NCBI GenBank assembly: GCA_003427395.1
Contig: BFEA01000033.1
Coordinates: forward strand, 2,521,549 to 2,585,548
Direction: 5' to 3'
Source: Chara braunii
Taxonomy: Eukaryota; Plantae; Charophyceae
DNA: 64,000 nucleotides
The translations under genes and the position numbers were made by a program. Positions 11,831 through 24,539 of the stretch are shown in pieces. The notes beneath the pieces were generated by a model. It worked only from the letters and a program-made list of their open reading frames with translations. It did no database searches and was not told the DNA's origin. The stretch's first letter is position 1, and each line of letters opens with the position of its first letter.

Positions 11831-12938
11831 GGCAGGTCGGAGGGGATCAACTGTACTGAAACAGTTGTTCTCCTCCACTCCATACCAAAGAGGGTCGCCT
11901 ACCCCATGAGGATACTGGCATCTGGCGCCAGTTGAAACGTACATGGACAAGCCAGAACATCGCCAGTGTGAGAGTGGATGCTCGGGTTTTGACGAAGATA
12001 TTCGGAGATGGGTATGGCGGGCGGAGGCTGGTGATGTAAACGTGCTTAATGTTAATTTTCTTACGTGGCCCCTCGATTGGGCTTCTTGCCTATGAAGAGT
12101 GTTTTGGTGTGTATGTGGATGCATGACATCATGCATATTCTTCTTGGCTTCAGCGGCGCTTGCGCTCGCTCATTTGTTTACGTCCTTCCTTTTTCCACAT
12201 TTTTCTTTTTAACTTTTTTTTTTTTTTCATCTTTCCTCTGTTTTTTTTTCGTTTTTTTTGTTCCTCTGTTCACATCTGGTTGTCTTCTTGATGAATAACA
12301 GTCAATTACACTTAGAGTGTGTGGGAAACTACTTTAACAGTTTTCTAATAGTAAGAATTTTCTATTGTTGAGTTTCGTAACGTAAGTTAATTCTTCGACT
12401 CACGAACCCGCACATTGATTATTATTGGTTTGAAATTGAAAAATAGGAAAATATTGAGTTCGAAGTTTTTTATTCGAATAATGATCATTGAATAAAATTG
12501 TATAATATCTGACCTTTATACTCTCAACTCTCGCTGCTCAGTTTCATTTCTACGTACTGTTAATTTTTCAACCCGTTTGCTTCTACTTTCGTTCTCGAGT
12601 ACGTAGGTCAACATTTTTCCATACTGCGTTTCCAAGTTCGACATCAGGAAACCGACGATCCTAATTCTCGCAACTAATATGATATTTCCACTAGATCGCT
12701 ACCTTTTTTGTGCGAGTTTTTTTTTTTGTACATCCATTGTAAGTTTCGTATCGTAACTGACTTTTTGCTAAAAGGAACTTAGTGATGAAGTGACAATTCT
12801 TGAATATAAAAGGAAAGTTATTGTGAAAAAATTGTGGTGGTTAGTGAGTGGTATGAGGCGTCGAGTGTCAGTAACCTTTTTCTTTTTCATGTTTGTTATT
12901 CCTCTGGGTATTTTTCAATTGGAGTTTGGTGCTACTAT

Positions 12939-13481
12939 CTTCACCCGAAAATAATGCCCTGTCATTATATTAAACTTTAAAAAAAAAATCAGGTTTTTAT
13001 TTTTATTTTTTTATTGTCAAATAAAACGTCCCTTCGAATAAAACGTTCGGGCATTATATTTGAATAGAAAGCGTGAGCGTTGTATTTGAATGTTCTGTTA
13101 GCATAGCCTTATCGAGGTAGTATATATGGGTTTGAAAGGGAGGGGAGGAGGGTTCATATGGTTTTTAAAAGGGGTTGAAACTGATTTTGACTTCCAAGGG
13201 GCATATTTGAATGATATTTCGGTTTGATTTTTTGTTTTCATTTTTTTTTTTTTTTTTGAGTTCATAATAAATTATGTAGTGACCCTCAACCAAAAGATGG
13301 TCGTATTGCAATTTTGGAGAACATTTATTTTTATAATTTTTTTGATTTTTTTTTAAATTTTTGGGCCCCCACCGAAGTTGCCACCAATTGACATAATATA
13401 ACGCCAGTGCGTTATAAACGAATAGAACGCCCGCCCACGATATATTCGTATATAACGCTCGAACGTTATTTTTGGGTGAAG
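12939..13481. mobile_element. MITE-like element with Tc1/mariner (pogo)-type TIR
   Basis: CTTCACCCGAAAATAA at 12939 and TTATTTTTGGGTGAAG ending at 13481 are inverted (15/16). Same motif family as 17562-17885 and 22344-22448. Confidence 0.55.
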
Positions 13482-13803
13482 ACGCTTGTTGTTTAGTCAA
13501 ATTGACATACAAGGCTGGAGGTAAGCATATATTTATGACTACTATCAATAGCAGTAAAAGTCAGTGGTCAACTTTAAAAAATGGATAAAACAACAGGGTT
13601 ACAACGAATGAAGGCGAAATTAGCTATGGTTGAGAAGACAAATACCTGATGGTGAAAAGTCCTATCACTTACACTTGCTTTCGTGCTGTAAGCGCGAACG
13701 AAAAATTGAAGGTTTCTCACTATTTTTCCATTTTTGTTCGCAGCAATGACGTTGAAAATCCGTCGAGAAGAAAATCCTAGAGTTACCCTGCCATAGCAAT
13801 TAA

Positions 13804-14010
13804 ACCACCAATATCTCGCCCAACTATGAATCTCCGACGCGGCCGTTAACGCGCCGCGTCGAATGACGATCGGGGAAGCCAACGACCGGTAAGAAAAAAA
13901 AAGAGCAAAAAAAAATAAAATAAAAAAAAATCGATTGTGCAAAAAAACCAAGAAAACGAGAAAAAAACAACGGCTCCATACGGACGCGTGGGGACGAATG
14001 GAAAAAAAAG

Positions 14011-14095
<85 letters not shown>

Positions 14096-14096
14096 N

Positions 14097-14188
<92 letters not shown>

Positions 14189-14220
14189 GAACTTCGCGGG
14201 GCCCCGCGACAAACTCGCCG

Positions 14221-14278
<58 letters not shown>

Positions 14279-14598
14279 CAAAATGCAAAATAAAAATAAA
14301 TCTTCCGCGGCATGGCCGAAAGATTCATTCTTGTTTTGCACATTTGTGCAAAACGGGGCCGTGGGTTCTCTCTCCTTTTTTTTTTCTTTTTTTTTTTTTC
14401 CCTCATGGCGCGTGGACTCAAATGAGCTCGTCTTTTTATTTCTTTTGTATTTTTTTTTTGCAGAAAGCCGGTTTTTTTTTTTTTTTTTTTNTCCTNTTTT
14501 NTTTTTTTNTTCGTACTACCAGTACTTCCAGCCTCGGCAAGTGTCGGGGTACCGGTCTGCCGGGGTCGGAATAGATAGCTGGGCGAGGTACTGGTGGT
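13804..14598. mobile_element. Non-autonomous TIR element flanked by TTAA (probably Kolobok-dependent)
   Basis: TTAA|ACCACCAATATCTCGCCCAACTAT ... ATAGCTGGGCGAGGTACTGGTGGT|TTAA, with TTAA at 13800-13803 and 14599-14602. Confidence 0.8.
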
Positions 14599-15301
14599 TT
14601 AAAATGCTGGTTTACTTTCTCCTCGCATCGTTACCATCCGCGCCAACGGGTCAGCGCCAAAGGTTCAGGTGGTGCTTCTGCCTCAGCCTTGGGCCCTTTG
14701 TTTTCTCAGCACCCGATTGGCCCAACCGGTATAGAGGGCCCAGATTGCTGTTGCACTCCTTTTCAAGGGTCTGCTTCAAGGCTGCCTCAGGACCCCCCCC
14801 TTATAGTGGGGGTCCAGGGGAATCAGCACCCAGCCTGTTATTTTCCCCCCTCTTCTTGTGGCCTTCCTGCTGACAACTTCGGGGGGGGCACGGTGAACAT
14901 TGCTGCAGCATTTCCAAGGTAGGTGCTTGTGCCCTGCCTTATCTTGTTGTCAGTCCTGTGCTCGCCGTGGATCTCTCTTTTCGTTCCGCGTTTTGTTCTG
15001 CCTTCAATCCCCCCAGTCACTGCTGCCACTTGCGGCCACAAAACCGGAACCAATGGTAGAAAGGTACTCACGTCGTCTATTCGACTTGTGGAGTGCATGT
15101 CATTCCTCGATTTCATCGAGGACGACGACGGCTGTAGCATGATGCCGCGCCGGTTAGTAGTAGAGAAATAGGGAGTGAGGAAAAGACTGAGGGTTGTGGC
15201 GCGCCAGTTTTCCCTTCGGTTCAGCTGCACGAAGTTACGGACGGACCGCTGCCGTAGTTGCCGTCGCACCGCCAGCCGACTGACGACGGCGTTTTGCAGC
15301 G

Positions 15302-15559
15302 ATGGCGGCGACTACCCTTCACGCATCTCTTTCTACTGCCGCAGTAGGGTTGTCCCACAATGGCGGGATCGGGACGCAATGCCAGCGGCGATCTGCTACG
15401 AGCGCGTTGCCAGCTGTCAAGTTGACGACCTATGAGGGACTCGGAAAGGCGTCCCGCCTGACGGCGGACGTTGTGCCACGTGTCAGCACAAGGAAGAACC
15501 TCAAGTGCGGTGCCGTTTCTTCACCGGACTCGTCATCGAAGACGCTTGACATCCGAGCG
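15302..15559 (+). CDS. BAS1: Plastid 2-Cys peroxiredoxin exon 1 (transit peptide)
   Basis: MAATTLHASLSTAA..., Ser/Thr/Ala/Arg-rich; 86 codons ending at a GTAAGT donor in phase 0, compatible with exon 2. Confidence 0.8.
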
Positions 15560-16857
15560 GTAAGTTAGGTTCTCTTTTGCTCATTCCAGCTGTCACTCTT
15601 TCCCGCCACATTTGCCGTCAAGGCGGTCACGTCCCCGACCACCTGACGCTCGGGCTTCCTTGGACGTATCTGACCGCAGTTACGCCGTGTTGTCTGTTTT
15701 CTACTTTTACTTGTCGCTTGACCAAATACTCCTTCCGGCAGTTCATAGTCTCTCTCTCTCTCTCTCTCTCCCTCGTTTTTCACCGCCAAGAGCAGGATAG
15801 TCATGATCGACATCAAGAATCAGCCAGTAAGAAGAGCAGCTGAAAGCTGACGTTACTTTCGATCAGCATGCTGGTCCAGATCAACAGTAACCGCAAACTG
15901 TGGGCCAGCGATTTTGCTCCGCTTTTGCTCCGCCGTTTTCTAGTGGTCAGATCACGATTTTATATCGCCCTTTGAAATCGTCATGCATGTGATCCTCACT
16001 TGTTCTCTCGCTCTCTCTGTTGACACGCACAGGCCCGCACTCAAGGCCCCGCCCCTGCGAGTGTCAGCAGAGTAGGATTGGGACGAGCAACATCCTACAT
16101 CAGCATGAGCAGCACAAGTATCATCATAATCAACACACGATCATCAGCATGAAAATGCAAGGGTCATCTCTCTTTCTCTGTGACTGTGCATGCATTCATC
16201 AATGTTCTCATCGTGATCGTAGTCTTTGTTTAATCACCAAAATTGCGATCAGCATGCGCGGTGAAAGAAAAGCAAACCGTACAAGTTCAACCCCAAAAAA
16301 AGAATTTCAAAACCAAACGAATGATTTTTTAAATGATGTACACGTCACACAGCTTACCTTCAGCCGAAGCACCCTCCATCGATTGTCGGGCAGTGCTTGC
16401 CTCCGGCACATTATGAGGACTTCTCCACGCGACCGAGCAGCCGACTTGTCCACCTTCTCCTCTCCTCTCTCCTCCACTCCTGTCCTCTCTCCTCTTCTCC
16501 TCTCCCGTTCTCTTCTCCTTCTCATCTCTACTCTTCTCCTCTCATGATGCAGACCGATTAGACGCGCGTCAAGCCTTCTTCAATTGCACAACCGTCCCTC
16601 GACCTCCTCCTCTCTTCTCCTATCATGTATGTCTATCTCTCCATCTCAAAGCAGCTGCCGCCGAGTATAATCGACAGTCAAAGAGAAGAAGACAAAGGAC
16701 CAAATCTGTCAGTCTCTCTTCTCTTTTATCCTATCATGTAATGTCTACCTTTTCACTAGCGCACGAACCAACGCCATGTGGTGAATGCGTCTGACCCTTT
16801 TTTGCTAGCGCACGAACCAACGCCATGGCGAATGTATCTGACCCCTCTTCGCCAGCG

Positions 16858-16919
<62 letters not shown>

Positions 16920-17065
16920 GTGGGAAGTGGCTTTGGTTGCCGGAGGTGTGGCTTTGGTTGCCGGAGGTTTGCAGGTTGCGTGAAGGAGGGGCCTTTGAGG
17001 CTAACGATTGTGTTTTTTGGGCGAACGGTGTTCTGTGTTTCTGCGAATTGTGTCTTGTGGCACAG

Positions 17066-17140
17066 CATTGCCAGCCTTTGGTGGGAAACAAGGCTCCTGA
17101 TTTTGAAGCCAAAGCCGTCTTTGACCAAGAATTTATCGAG
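17066..17140 (+). CDS. BAS1: Plastid 2-Cys peroxiredoxin exon 2
   Basis: CAG|[25 protein letters not shown]|GTACGT. An alternative in-frame acceptor 9 nt downstream is possible. Confidence 0.93.
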
Positions 17141-17561
17141 GTACGTGGATTGAGTGCTGCATGTTTCAGCTAGCGGTCGTCCGTCATGTTTCATTTCCGT
17201 AAGCGGTCGTCCGTCGTGTTTCCGCTAGCGGTCGTCTGTCATCTGTTCGTCGGCGGTCGTTCTTTGTATTTCCGCCAGCGTTCCTGTCAGATGTTCGTGT
17301 ATAGTGTCTGGTTATGTTGTTCTCTGAGCGAAGGTATTGAGGAGGAGAATGAAGAGGCGAAGGAAAAAAAAAAAAAAAAAGAGAGAAGAGGCAGTTCTCC
17401 ATCGTAATTTGGAAAGGAGCCGACTAGAGAGAACGTGTGTGAAGTGGTATTTGCGTGTGGGGATGCACCCAAGCGTCCTAAGTAGTACAATTACGAGAAA
17501 TTAAAAACCGCGGTTATGGCTGCTCCCTCCGCGGCACCCGGGTTCGTCTGATAAGTTAACT

Positions 17562-17885
17562 GTCTTCTTCCGTATAGAACGCCGGGTCATTCATTGTAGC
17601 TGTATTTGGGTCAGCTGTCTGTCTACATGCAACGATAATGACCGGANNNNNNNNNNNNNNNNNNNNNNNNNNNNNNNNNNNNNNNNNNNNNNNNNNNNNN
17701 NNNNNNNNNNNNNNNNNNNNNNNNNNNNNNNNNNNNNNNNNNNNNNNNNNNNNNNNNNNNNNNNNNNNNNNNNNNNNNNNNNNNNNGTTCTATTCGGGTG
17801 AAGACTGGGTCATTGTAGCTGTATTTGGGTCAGCTGTCTGTCTATATGCAACGATAATGACCGGACGTTCTATTCGGGTGAAGAC
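17562..17885. mobile_element. MITE with internal duplication across a gap, in Prx intron 2
   Basis: GTCTTCTTCCGTATAGAACGCCGGGTCATT and AATGACCGGACGTTCTATTCGGGTGAAGAC are inverted. About 60 bp of internal sequence repeats on both sides of the N run. Confidence 0.6.
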
Positions 17886-19086
17886 TTTGTAGTTCTTAAC
17901 AGGGATTTGTCTAGTCCAGACGGTAGAATGAATTTACTGAAGAGCTGCCAACGGATGACAGTATGTGAAATGTACTGAAGAGCTGCCAACGGATGACAAT
18001 GTGTGAAATTTACTGCAGAGCTCCCGACGATTTTGTTAGGTGTAGCTGAATACATCGCACATTTCTCTTCATTCAATTTTCATATAGCATGCGTCAGTGT
18101 ACTGATAGCATCACGCGTCAGTATAGAGAAACTACCAGCACGCATCAGGTGCTGGTCGGACATTGTCACACAAACAGAAGCAGGAATAATATCCTGGTGA
18201 ACGCACGGGCGCACAGTCTTACTGTAGTAGATGAGGCAGAGGGGTCGCGACGTACACTGTGCAAGGCCTTCGCTCTGGTGTTTTGATTGACTGGCTTTGC
18301 GGTTTTTGCCAATCCGTTTTTTGTTTTCTGCTATGAGCAGTTGTGCTTTCTGCACCAAGAAACTGTGAACTGTGCGGTGCCGGGGTGTGTGTAATAGGAC
18401 GGTCGTGATGTTTCCAATCCCGTTTACTTCTGTCAGTCTGAATAAATCAAAGATTGTTGATTACCATGAAGGCCGATTCAACCGAAGGTAGAGGAATGGT
18501 GAATAGTGAAAACAGGGGCCAGCTGCCTTCCGCACACGCGTCTCAAGTTCTCCATTACATAGCCGCACGTAGTCTCAGCTTACGCACAGATTCCCCGACG
18601 CGCGTTTCGATCGGCTGCGCGCCGATCATCCTCGGGGGGCTTCCCGCACAACCATGCCTTGCGGTCCACCGACTGCCCTCCCGCCTACCGAGTATGGGGA
18701 GGGCCGATACGGCCTTTTGCCCTCCTCATATATACTGTAACCCAAGCTGTGGATGTGTTCTGAGAGTTCGCGTTTTTTTTTTCGTGGTTGACTGATCAGT
18801 GCTTGTGCATGTATTCTGGTCGGCCTGTTTTCGCTGATTGATCGATTAGTGCGTGTGCTGGTTTACTGAGCGACATGGTATGTCTTGAAAGCCACGTTCT
18901 TCAGCTTTGAGAGGTTGTTCTGCCGTTGCTGCATACTGGTCGTGGAATGATGTCTTGGAGAAAAGACGAGCGTCCTTTTTTATTAATTAATTCGTATATT
19001 GTCTGGTTTAAAATTTACACGTGTGGTGTGGTATTGAATTATCTGACAGTGGAAGCGTCATAACCATGTGGGGATTGAAAACGCAG

Positions 19087-19251
19087 GTTAAGCTGTCAGA
19101 TTACCAGGCGCAGGGCAAGTACGTAGTGCTGTTCTTCTACCCTCTGGACTTCACGTTTGTGTGCCCGACGGAGATCACGGCCTTCAGTGATCGGTATGCG
19201 GAGTTTGCAGCACTCAATACCGAAGTGCTGGGCGTTAGTGTGGACAGTGTG
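19087..19251 (+). CDS. BAS1: Plastid 2-Cys peroxiredoxin exon 3 (peroxidatic Cys)
   Basis: CAG|VKLSDY...[20 protein letters not shown]...GVSVDSV|GTAAGT. Confidence 0.97.
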
Positions 19252-19568
19252 GTAAGTTCTCTACCTATATATCTAGTAATAGGCTTTGTAAGGATGTAGT
19301 TAGTAGTTAGCGGCGGCAATTTCCTGACGCTCCTGGTCCCTTCCATCCTTCGCTTGCCCTTTGTTCTCTTATCTTTATGCGCCTCTTGTGTGCTGGTTCC
19401 TCCTGTTTTTCCCTTTCTCTTTTAAATGAAGCCAGCTCCATTGTTGGCTGGAAACCGGGTCTATTGTGCATTGCTAGAGTACCCGTACCCGCTCGACGTT
19501 TCCTCCCGCTATGGCCCGAGAGAAGAAGGACCCTGAGACACCGGCATTATTATTATTCTTATTTTCGT

Positions 19569-19620
<52 letters not shown>

Positions 19621-21077
19621 GTAGACCTTCTTTGTCATGGGATATAATTTTCGTTGACATGGGATATATTGAGAATCGTAGAACGACGGTCTCCTCTTTC
19701 GCCGAGTGGCGAGGATGCGAGGTGGTGGACAGTAGGGGAGTAAAACTGGGGGCCGTGCGTCGACATGACGTTGGGGGATCCAATCATTCATCACTCTCAT
19801 CTTCTTTGAGCTTCAAGTTGACCACTGTTGACAGCCGCGTGTTAACGTGAGTCTGTTTTTTTAATAAATGATGTGTTTGATGATATACAACACATCGTCT
19901 TGGTGTGCAAGTGTGCTGCTGCTGTCGTATTCTGCAGATTGTGATTTCCTTCTTTGTCGTTATTTTTTTATTTTTTTTATTATTACAGAGTTTTTTTATA
20001 GTTTTTTTTTCTCATTGTTCTAAAGTTTTTTAAGAGTTTTTTTTTTTAGTTATTTTAGAGGTTTTTTTTCGTTATTTTCCAGTTTTTTTTCGTTATTTTT
20101 TAGCTTTATTTCGAAAAAACAAAGGTTGGGGAGGGGGACGGCAGGGCGATCGGCCCCCTGCCACATCGCAGCAGCGGTGTCACGTGGCAGGGCTACGATG
20201 GTCATGCGAGCCCCCCCCCCCCTCTCCCTTTGTTCTTCTTTTTCTTCGTCTTCTTCTTCATTCTTGCTTTTTATAAATAAAAAAAAAATCTTTCTTTATT
20301 TCTTCCTTTATTTCTTTCTTTCATTCTTCCTTTTTTTTTTGTTTTACAGGATTTTTTAAAGAGTTTTTTTTTTCCGTTATTTTAATGGGGTTTTTTTTTC
20401 GTTATTATAGAGTTTTTATAGAGTTTTTGTTTTATGTTATAACTTTTTTTTTTCGTTGTTTTACAACTTTGTTTTCATTGAATAACTTTTATTTAATTAT
20501 GTTTTAATTTTTTTTCTTTATTGCAGGGACATCGTCCTCACAACCTTTAAAATCGTTGTAATTTTTCGACCTCACAACTTTTAAATTATTTTTTTAATGC
20601 AGGGCGATCGTCGTTATTTGTCTATCTCACAACCTTTCAAATAACGCACATCAATATTTAGTGAGTGAATCAGATTGTGTGTGTGTGTGTGTGTATGAGA
20701 GAGAGAGAGAGAGAGGGAGAGAGAAAGCGAGAGAGAGACACACAGAGAGAGGGAGAGAGAGAGAGAGAGAAAGTGTGTGAGAGAAAGAGAGAGAGAGAGA
20801 GATTGTTTTTAGGCTCACTACTGGGGGGCACAAAGACATCGAAGTGCAGGTTTTATCGCCCAATATGACACGCAATAGTCGACCCCATACTTTTGTTTCA
20901 TTATTTTTCTTCACAAAAAGGACGAACATGTTTATGAGAAAAGAGTGACTCATATTGGTTGTATGAGGATGATGGGAAGGTACTGTGCACCCTATTCAGA
21001 ATTTTGTGGTACTTTCGGGTCTGTGGATGTGTGTGTACACTGCTCTACCAACAACATTTTGAGTACTTGTCATTGGG

Positions 21078-21146
<69 letters not shown>

Positions 21147-21147
21147 N

Positions 21148-21197
<50 letters not shown>

Positions 21198-21214
21198 AAG
21201 GGCAGGCAGAGCTG

Positions 21215-21252
21215 CTGTCTCTTATACACATCTAGATGTGTATAAGAGACAG
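21215..21252. other. Nextera mate-pair junction adapter (two head-to-head Tn5 mosaic ends); assembly artefact
   Basis: Exact CTGTCTCTTATACACATCT followed by AGATGTGTATAAGAGACAG. Confidence 0.97.
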
Positions 21253-21329
21253 GTTCATCCCGGTCGCAGGTAATTCAGAATGATTCTGACCGGTCGCAGG
21301 TAATTCAGAATGATTTTATTTTGTTCATC

Positions 21330-21412
21330 TGACGGTGGTATCTGGATTCGAACTCGGGTCTGTATTTCAACAGTTCATGGGTGCGTACCAACTGAGCGCC
21401 ACAGGCCCGTTG
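21330..21412 (-). mobile_element. tRNA-derived SINE head or tRNA pseudogene
   Basis: Minus strand has GTGGCGCTCAGTTGGT (A box) and GAGTTCGAATCC (B box); no intact cloverleaf. Confidence 0.65.
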
Positions 21413-21599
21413 GTGACACCGGCGGCATTGACTTCTTCCTGGGGATGGAAGAATTAACCTCGGCTGCACCCATGCATGTTCTGTATACACTATTATGCTT
21501 TCTGAGCCTCCTGTCCAAGTACCCCTAGCCTGGTCCTCTCGGTCAAATTTGACCTGACCTTCTGTAAGCTTGCTGCATCAAGAGCCATTGCCGGAGATC

Positions 21600-22330
21600 G
21601 ACTGTCACCTCTTGCCGCATCCACTGCGTACACAGCTGGCCTTTCCCTCTCCTCGGTGGACGCTGTACTCTGAGAAATACCTCAATTTCTGCTGAGTGTC
21701 CGTTTCGCCGCCCCTCAGCAGCACCTCTCGCTGCAATCTGTCTGTTTTGCTGTATTGGTTTCTTCTCTGTATCGTTCTCCTCGGTGGATTACAAGTGGTG
21801 TTGGGTTCCACTGACCGGCAAGTGTAGGGCAAAGCCCAGCGAAAATGACATTGTTAAAACTCGACCCCGATGACATGTGTGAGGAAAGTTCTGCTCAAGG
21901 CGCTGGCAAGAAGCCCACCCACCTACTAGCTTGTGTTCTATGTGATGTGAGGACTTTTGCCCCATTTCCCGACTCGTAGTAGTTCTTGAACTCTCCAGCA
22001 TTGTTTAAATGAATGCAGCCTTATTGGATGGATTTTGACAAGGCAACATCCCCACTCAAACGGACGCGCACATAGACTTCCTGGGAAGTCCTTTTCATTT
22101 TTTTGCAAATAGCCAGCCGGTGCCTACTAGGGGAGGTGATAAGAGCAACCTCCCCTAGTAGGTCTGTGGCCGGTCGCTCCATCTATTGGAGGGGAGCTGC
22201 ACCTGCTGGAAATCGGGTCCAGCGTTCCTTGAACAAGAATTGTCCGAGTACCGGAGCCATCATTACCCGGCTTCCCGCTTCAAGACTTAGAGAAGGTCGT
22301 CAAGCTTATTGTTGCAGAAAATGCTACTAA
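21600..22330 (-). mobile_element. Degenerate non-LTR retrotransposon 3' fragment (RTEX-like zinc-finger region)
   Basis: Remnants SSHHIE...VGGW...CHRG...CHF...CP across frameshifts resemble the R.SSH.L.IE.GRW..C..C..H...C motif. Confidence 0.4.
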
Positions 22331-22343
22331 CTTGAACCGACTA

Positions 22344-22448
22344 CCTTCTTCCCCCGAATACAACGTACGGTCATTATAGGTGTATTTGGGGTATGTTTCA
22401 GTCTAAATACAGATATAATGACCGTACGTTGTATTCGGGGGAAGAGGG
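22344..22448. mobile_element. 105-bp MITE with about 35-bp TIRs and TA target duplication (Tc1/mariner type)
   Basis: TA|CCTTCTTCCCCCGAATACAACGTACGGTCATTATA ... TATAATGACCGTACGTTGTATTCGGGGGAAGAGGG|TA, one mismatch. Confidence 0.85.
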
Positions 22449-23857
22449 TAGCCGGAAGCGGCATCGTTACGTTTCCTTCTTTCCTCCACCGTCCCTCACA
22501 CTCAAACCACGTGACGAACTGGCCCTGCCCCAACGCACTCTGCCGGCATTGTTTGAATGTGAACTCACTTTACTGGAGGAGTCGATGCCATGCATGGGGG
22601 AATTTTTTTCTGCTCGACGGACTGCAAAAGAACGCTGCTCGAGGGGCAGGCAAGGAAACGGATCTTCTCTCCCGCCCCAAGGGCATGTGAATGTTTTATA
22701 TGATGTGCGGACCTTAGTCCCGATTACCTCGCTTTAGAGCTCTTGAACTTTCTGCGTGAAGGTCGCACTCTGGGTGTGTGACGTAAGAAACTGACTAAAG
22801 CACCGAAGTAACGAACCAGCAGAAACGAGTAGAGGCACCTCGCTCATCACTTACTGATTAACCGGTGCTGAACGGGGATGGGTGAAGAGGGGTATTGCTT
22901 GGCGTGTCCTGTTTTCTGAGTAAACAGAATGTAAGAGTGGCATGTGAAGGTCCTGTTCCCCAGCTTTCTCTTTTGCGGAATCCGAGGAAGCGTACAGAGA
23001 AAGCAGAAAAATGGATGTGGGCTGTTTTATCTTATCATGTTAATACTGTTGCTCTGACTGAAGGGAAATGGGCAATATGACCAACGCAGGGGGTTGTATG
23101 CTCTCGCATGGATGTTGTTCTCTCTGGAAGTGGCTGCGAGTTGAGGTTCTGCTTGTCCAATTACTTTTACACATAGATTGTACTTACGAAGTTAAGAGAG
23201 GGTAGTAACTCGCATGAGCCATCACGGTCTTTGTTAGGAACTGCAGCTAGGAGAGAGGGAGGTTATCGAATAGAATCTGTGCCATGATGCTCAGGGTTGA
23301 CATGGCACTAAGGCAACATATTCAACTAGTTCATGACGACCATATTTGCGAAATCAGATAGGTCGCTTTGAAGGACTGTTATAGGAAGGCATTATAGAAA
23401 AAAAAATAGGTAACATAGAAAGATGAGCAGAGCAGGGATGATCAGCATAGTTTATGGAAGAACAGTGTTCTTGAGTGGGTGGCTATGAAGGCAAGCACTT
23501 TACGAAATACGCCTTACACGGAGCCACCATAAACCATGCCCAAATAGTCAACACACGGGCTTTCTGGAAAAAGTAGAAACCACACGGCTGATAATACCGA
23601 ATCCAGGAAGAATTAAAATATAATAACATTATTTTGGCTCACTGGCGGAAGGGAAGAGCCCGGTAGAGCGCGCCGCCGCTTGCGATGGATAGGACTGTAA
23701 ATTAAATTAAAGACTTCCAACAAATAATAACCAAATTGCCCCTACGTATGGAAGGCTGAAGGCGCAAGAGCGCTCTTTTGTTTTATTGAGAGAATTCTCG
23801 CGGAAAACCATGACCAACTTATCTTGTCGTTGTACCATCTATGATGTCATCTTGCAG

Positions 23858-23983
23858 TTTTCCCATCTTGCCTGGATACAGACGGAGAGGAAATCAGGTG
23901 GTCTTGGTGACCTGTCATACCCGCTGGTTTCTGACATCACGAAGGACATTGCAAGACAATACAACGTCCTGATTGAGGAGGAG
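23858..23983 (+). CDS. BAS1: Plastid 2-Cys peroxiredoxin exon 4
   Basis: CAG|[26 protein letters not shown]...VLIEEE|GTATGT; contains the GGLG motif. Confidence 0.97.
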
Positions 23984-24425
23984 GTATGTGCTCGTATGTT
24001 CATGAAGGATCCCTAGGAAAGGAGGGCTTGGCTGACGTTTCGGTGTCTGTGCATTGCACGCATATTGACTTCGTCTCGAGCTTGTACGGCCGAGATGAGA
24101 ATCGTATTGCCAAAGTTCAGTTGCCTGTGTGTGGACGTGGTTGTAAAATGGGGCTTGTGAATGCGAACTTTGCAGTCAATCTGATTTTGACGTGGATGGG
24201 AATGTGAGGGTTAAAAGGAGCATAGTGCTCTCTCTCTCTTTCTCTCTTTCTTTCACTTTCTCTCTTTCTCTCTTGCTTTCACTTTCTCTCTTTCTGGTAT
24301 GGATTTGTATGTCTCTGACTCTCTTCTTTGCGATTGCGCAAAGTAGCTTTGCTACAGGTTGCTTCAACTCACTGATGTTCTCGTGTCTATGGTGTTCTTG
24401 GTGGTGCTCTTTTTCTGCGGTGCAG

Positions 24426-24539
24426 GGTGTGGCTCTTCGTGGGCTTTTCATCATTGACACAGAGGGCGTTATCCAACATGCAACGATCAACAACTTGGCC
24501 ATTGGCAGAAGTGTGGATGAGACGCTCAGGACATTGCAG
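24426..24539 (+). CDS. BAS1: Plastid 2-Cys peroxiredoxin exon 5
   Basis: CAG|[38 protein letters not shown]|GTAGGG. Confidence 0.97.

Noticed and set aside
13574-14873. Long ORFs rich in LS/ER/HT dipeptides (also at 27335-28413, 36727-37470, 54050-54889 and elsewhere)
   Set aside because: Artefacts of microsatellites, low-complexity runs and N gaps.
17935-18025. Short tandem repeat (period about 38 bp) with CTGAAGA...GAAA resembling a hammerhead ribozyme core
   Set aside because: Stem II does not close next to GAAA and no stem I or III pairing can be formed; treated as a minisatellite.
21215-21252. Bacterial Tn5/IS50 insertion or horizontal transfer
   Set aside because: It is the synthetic mosaic-end pair in library-adapter configuration, with no transposase.
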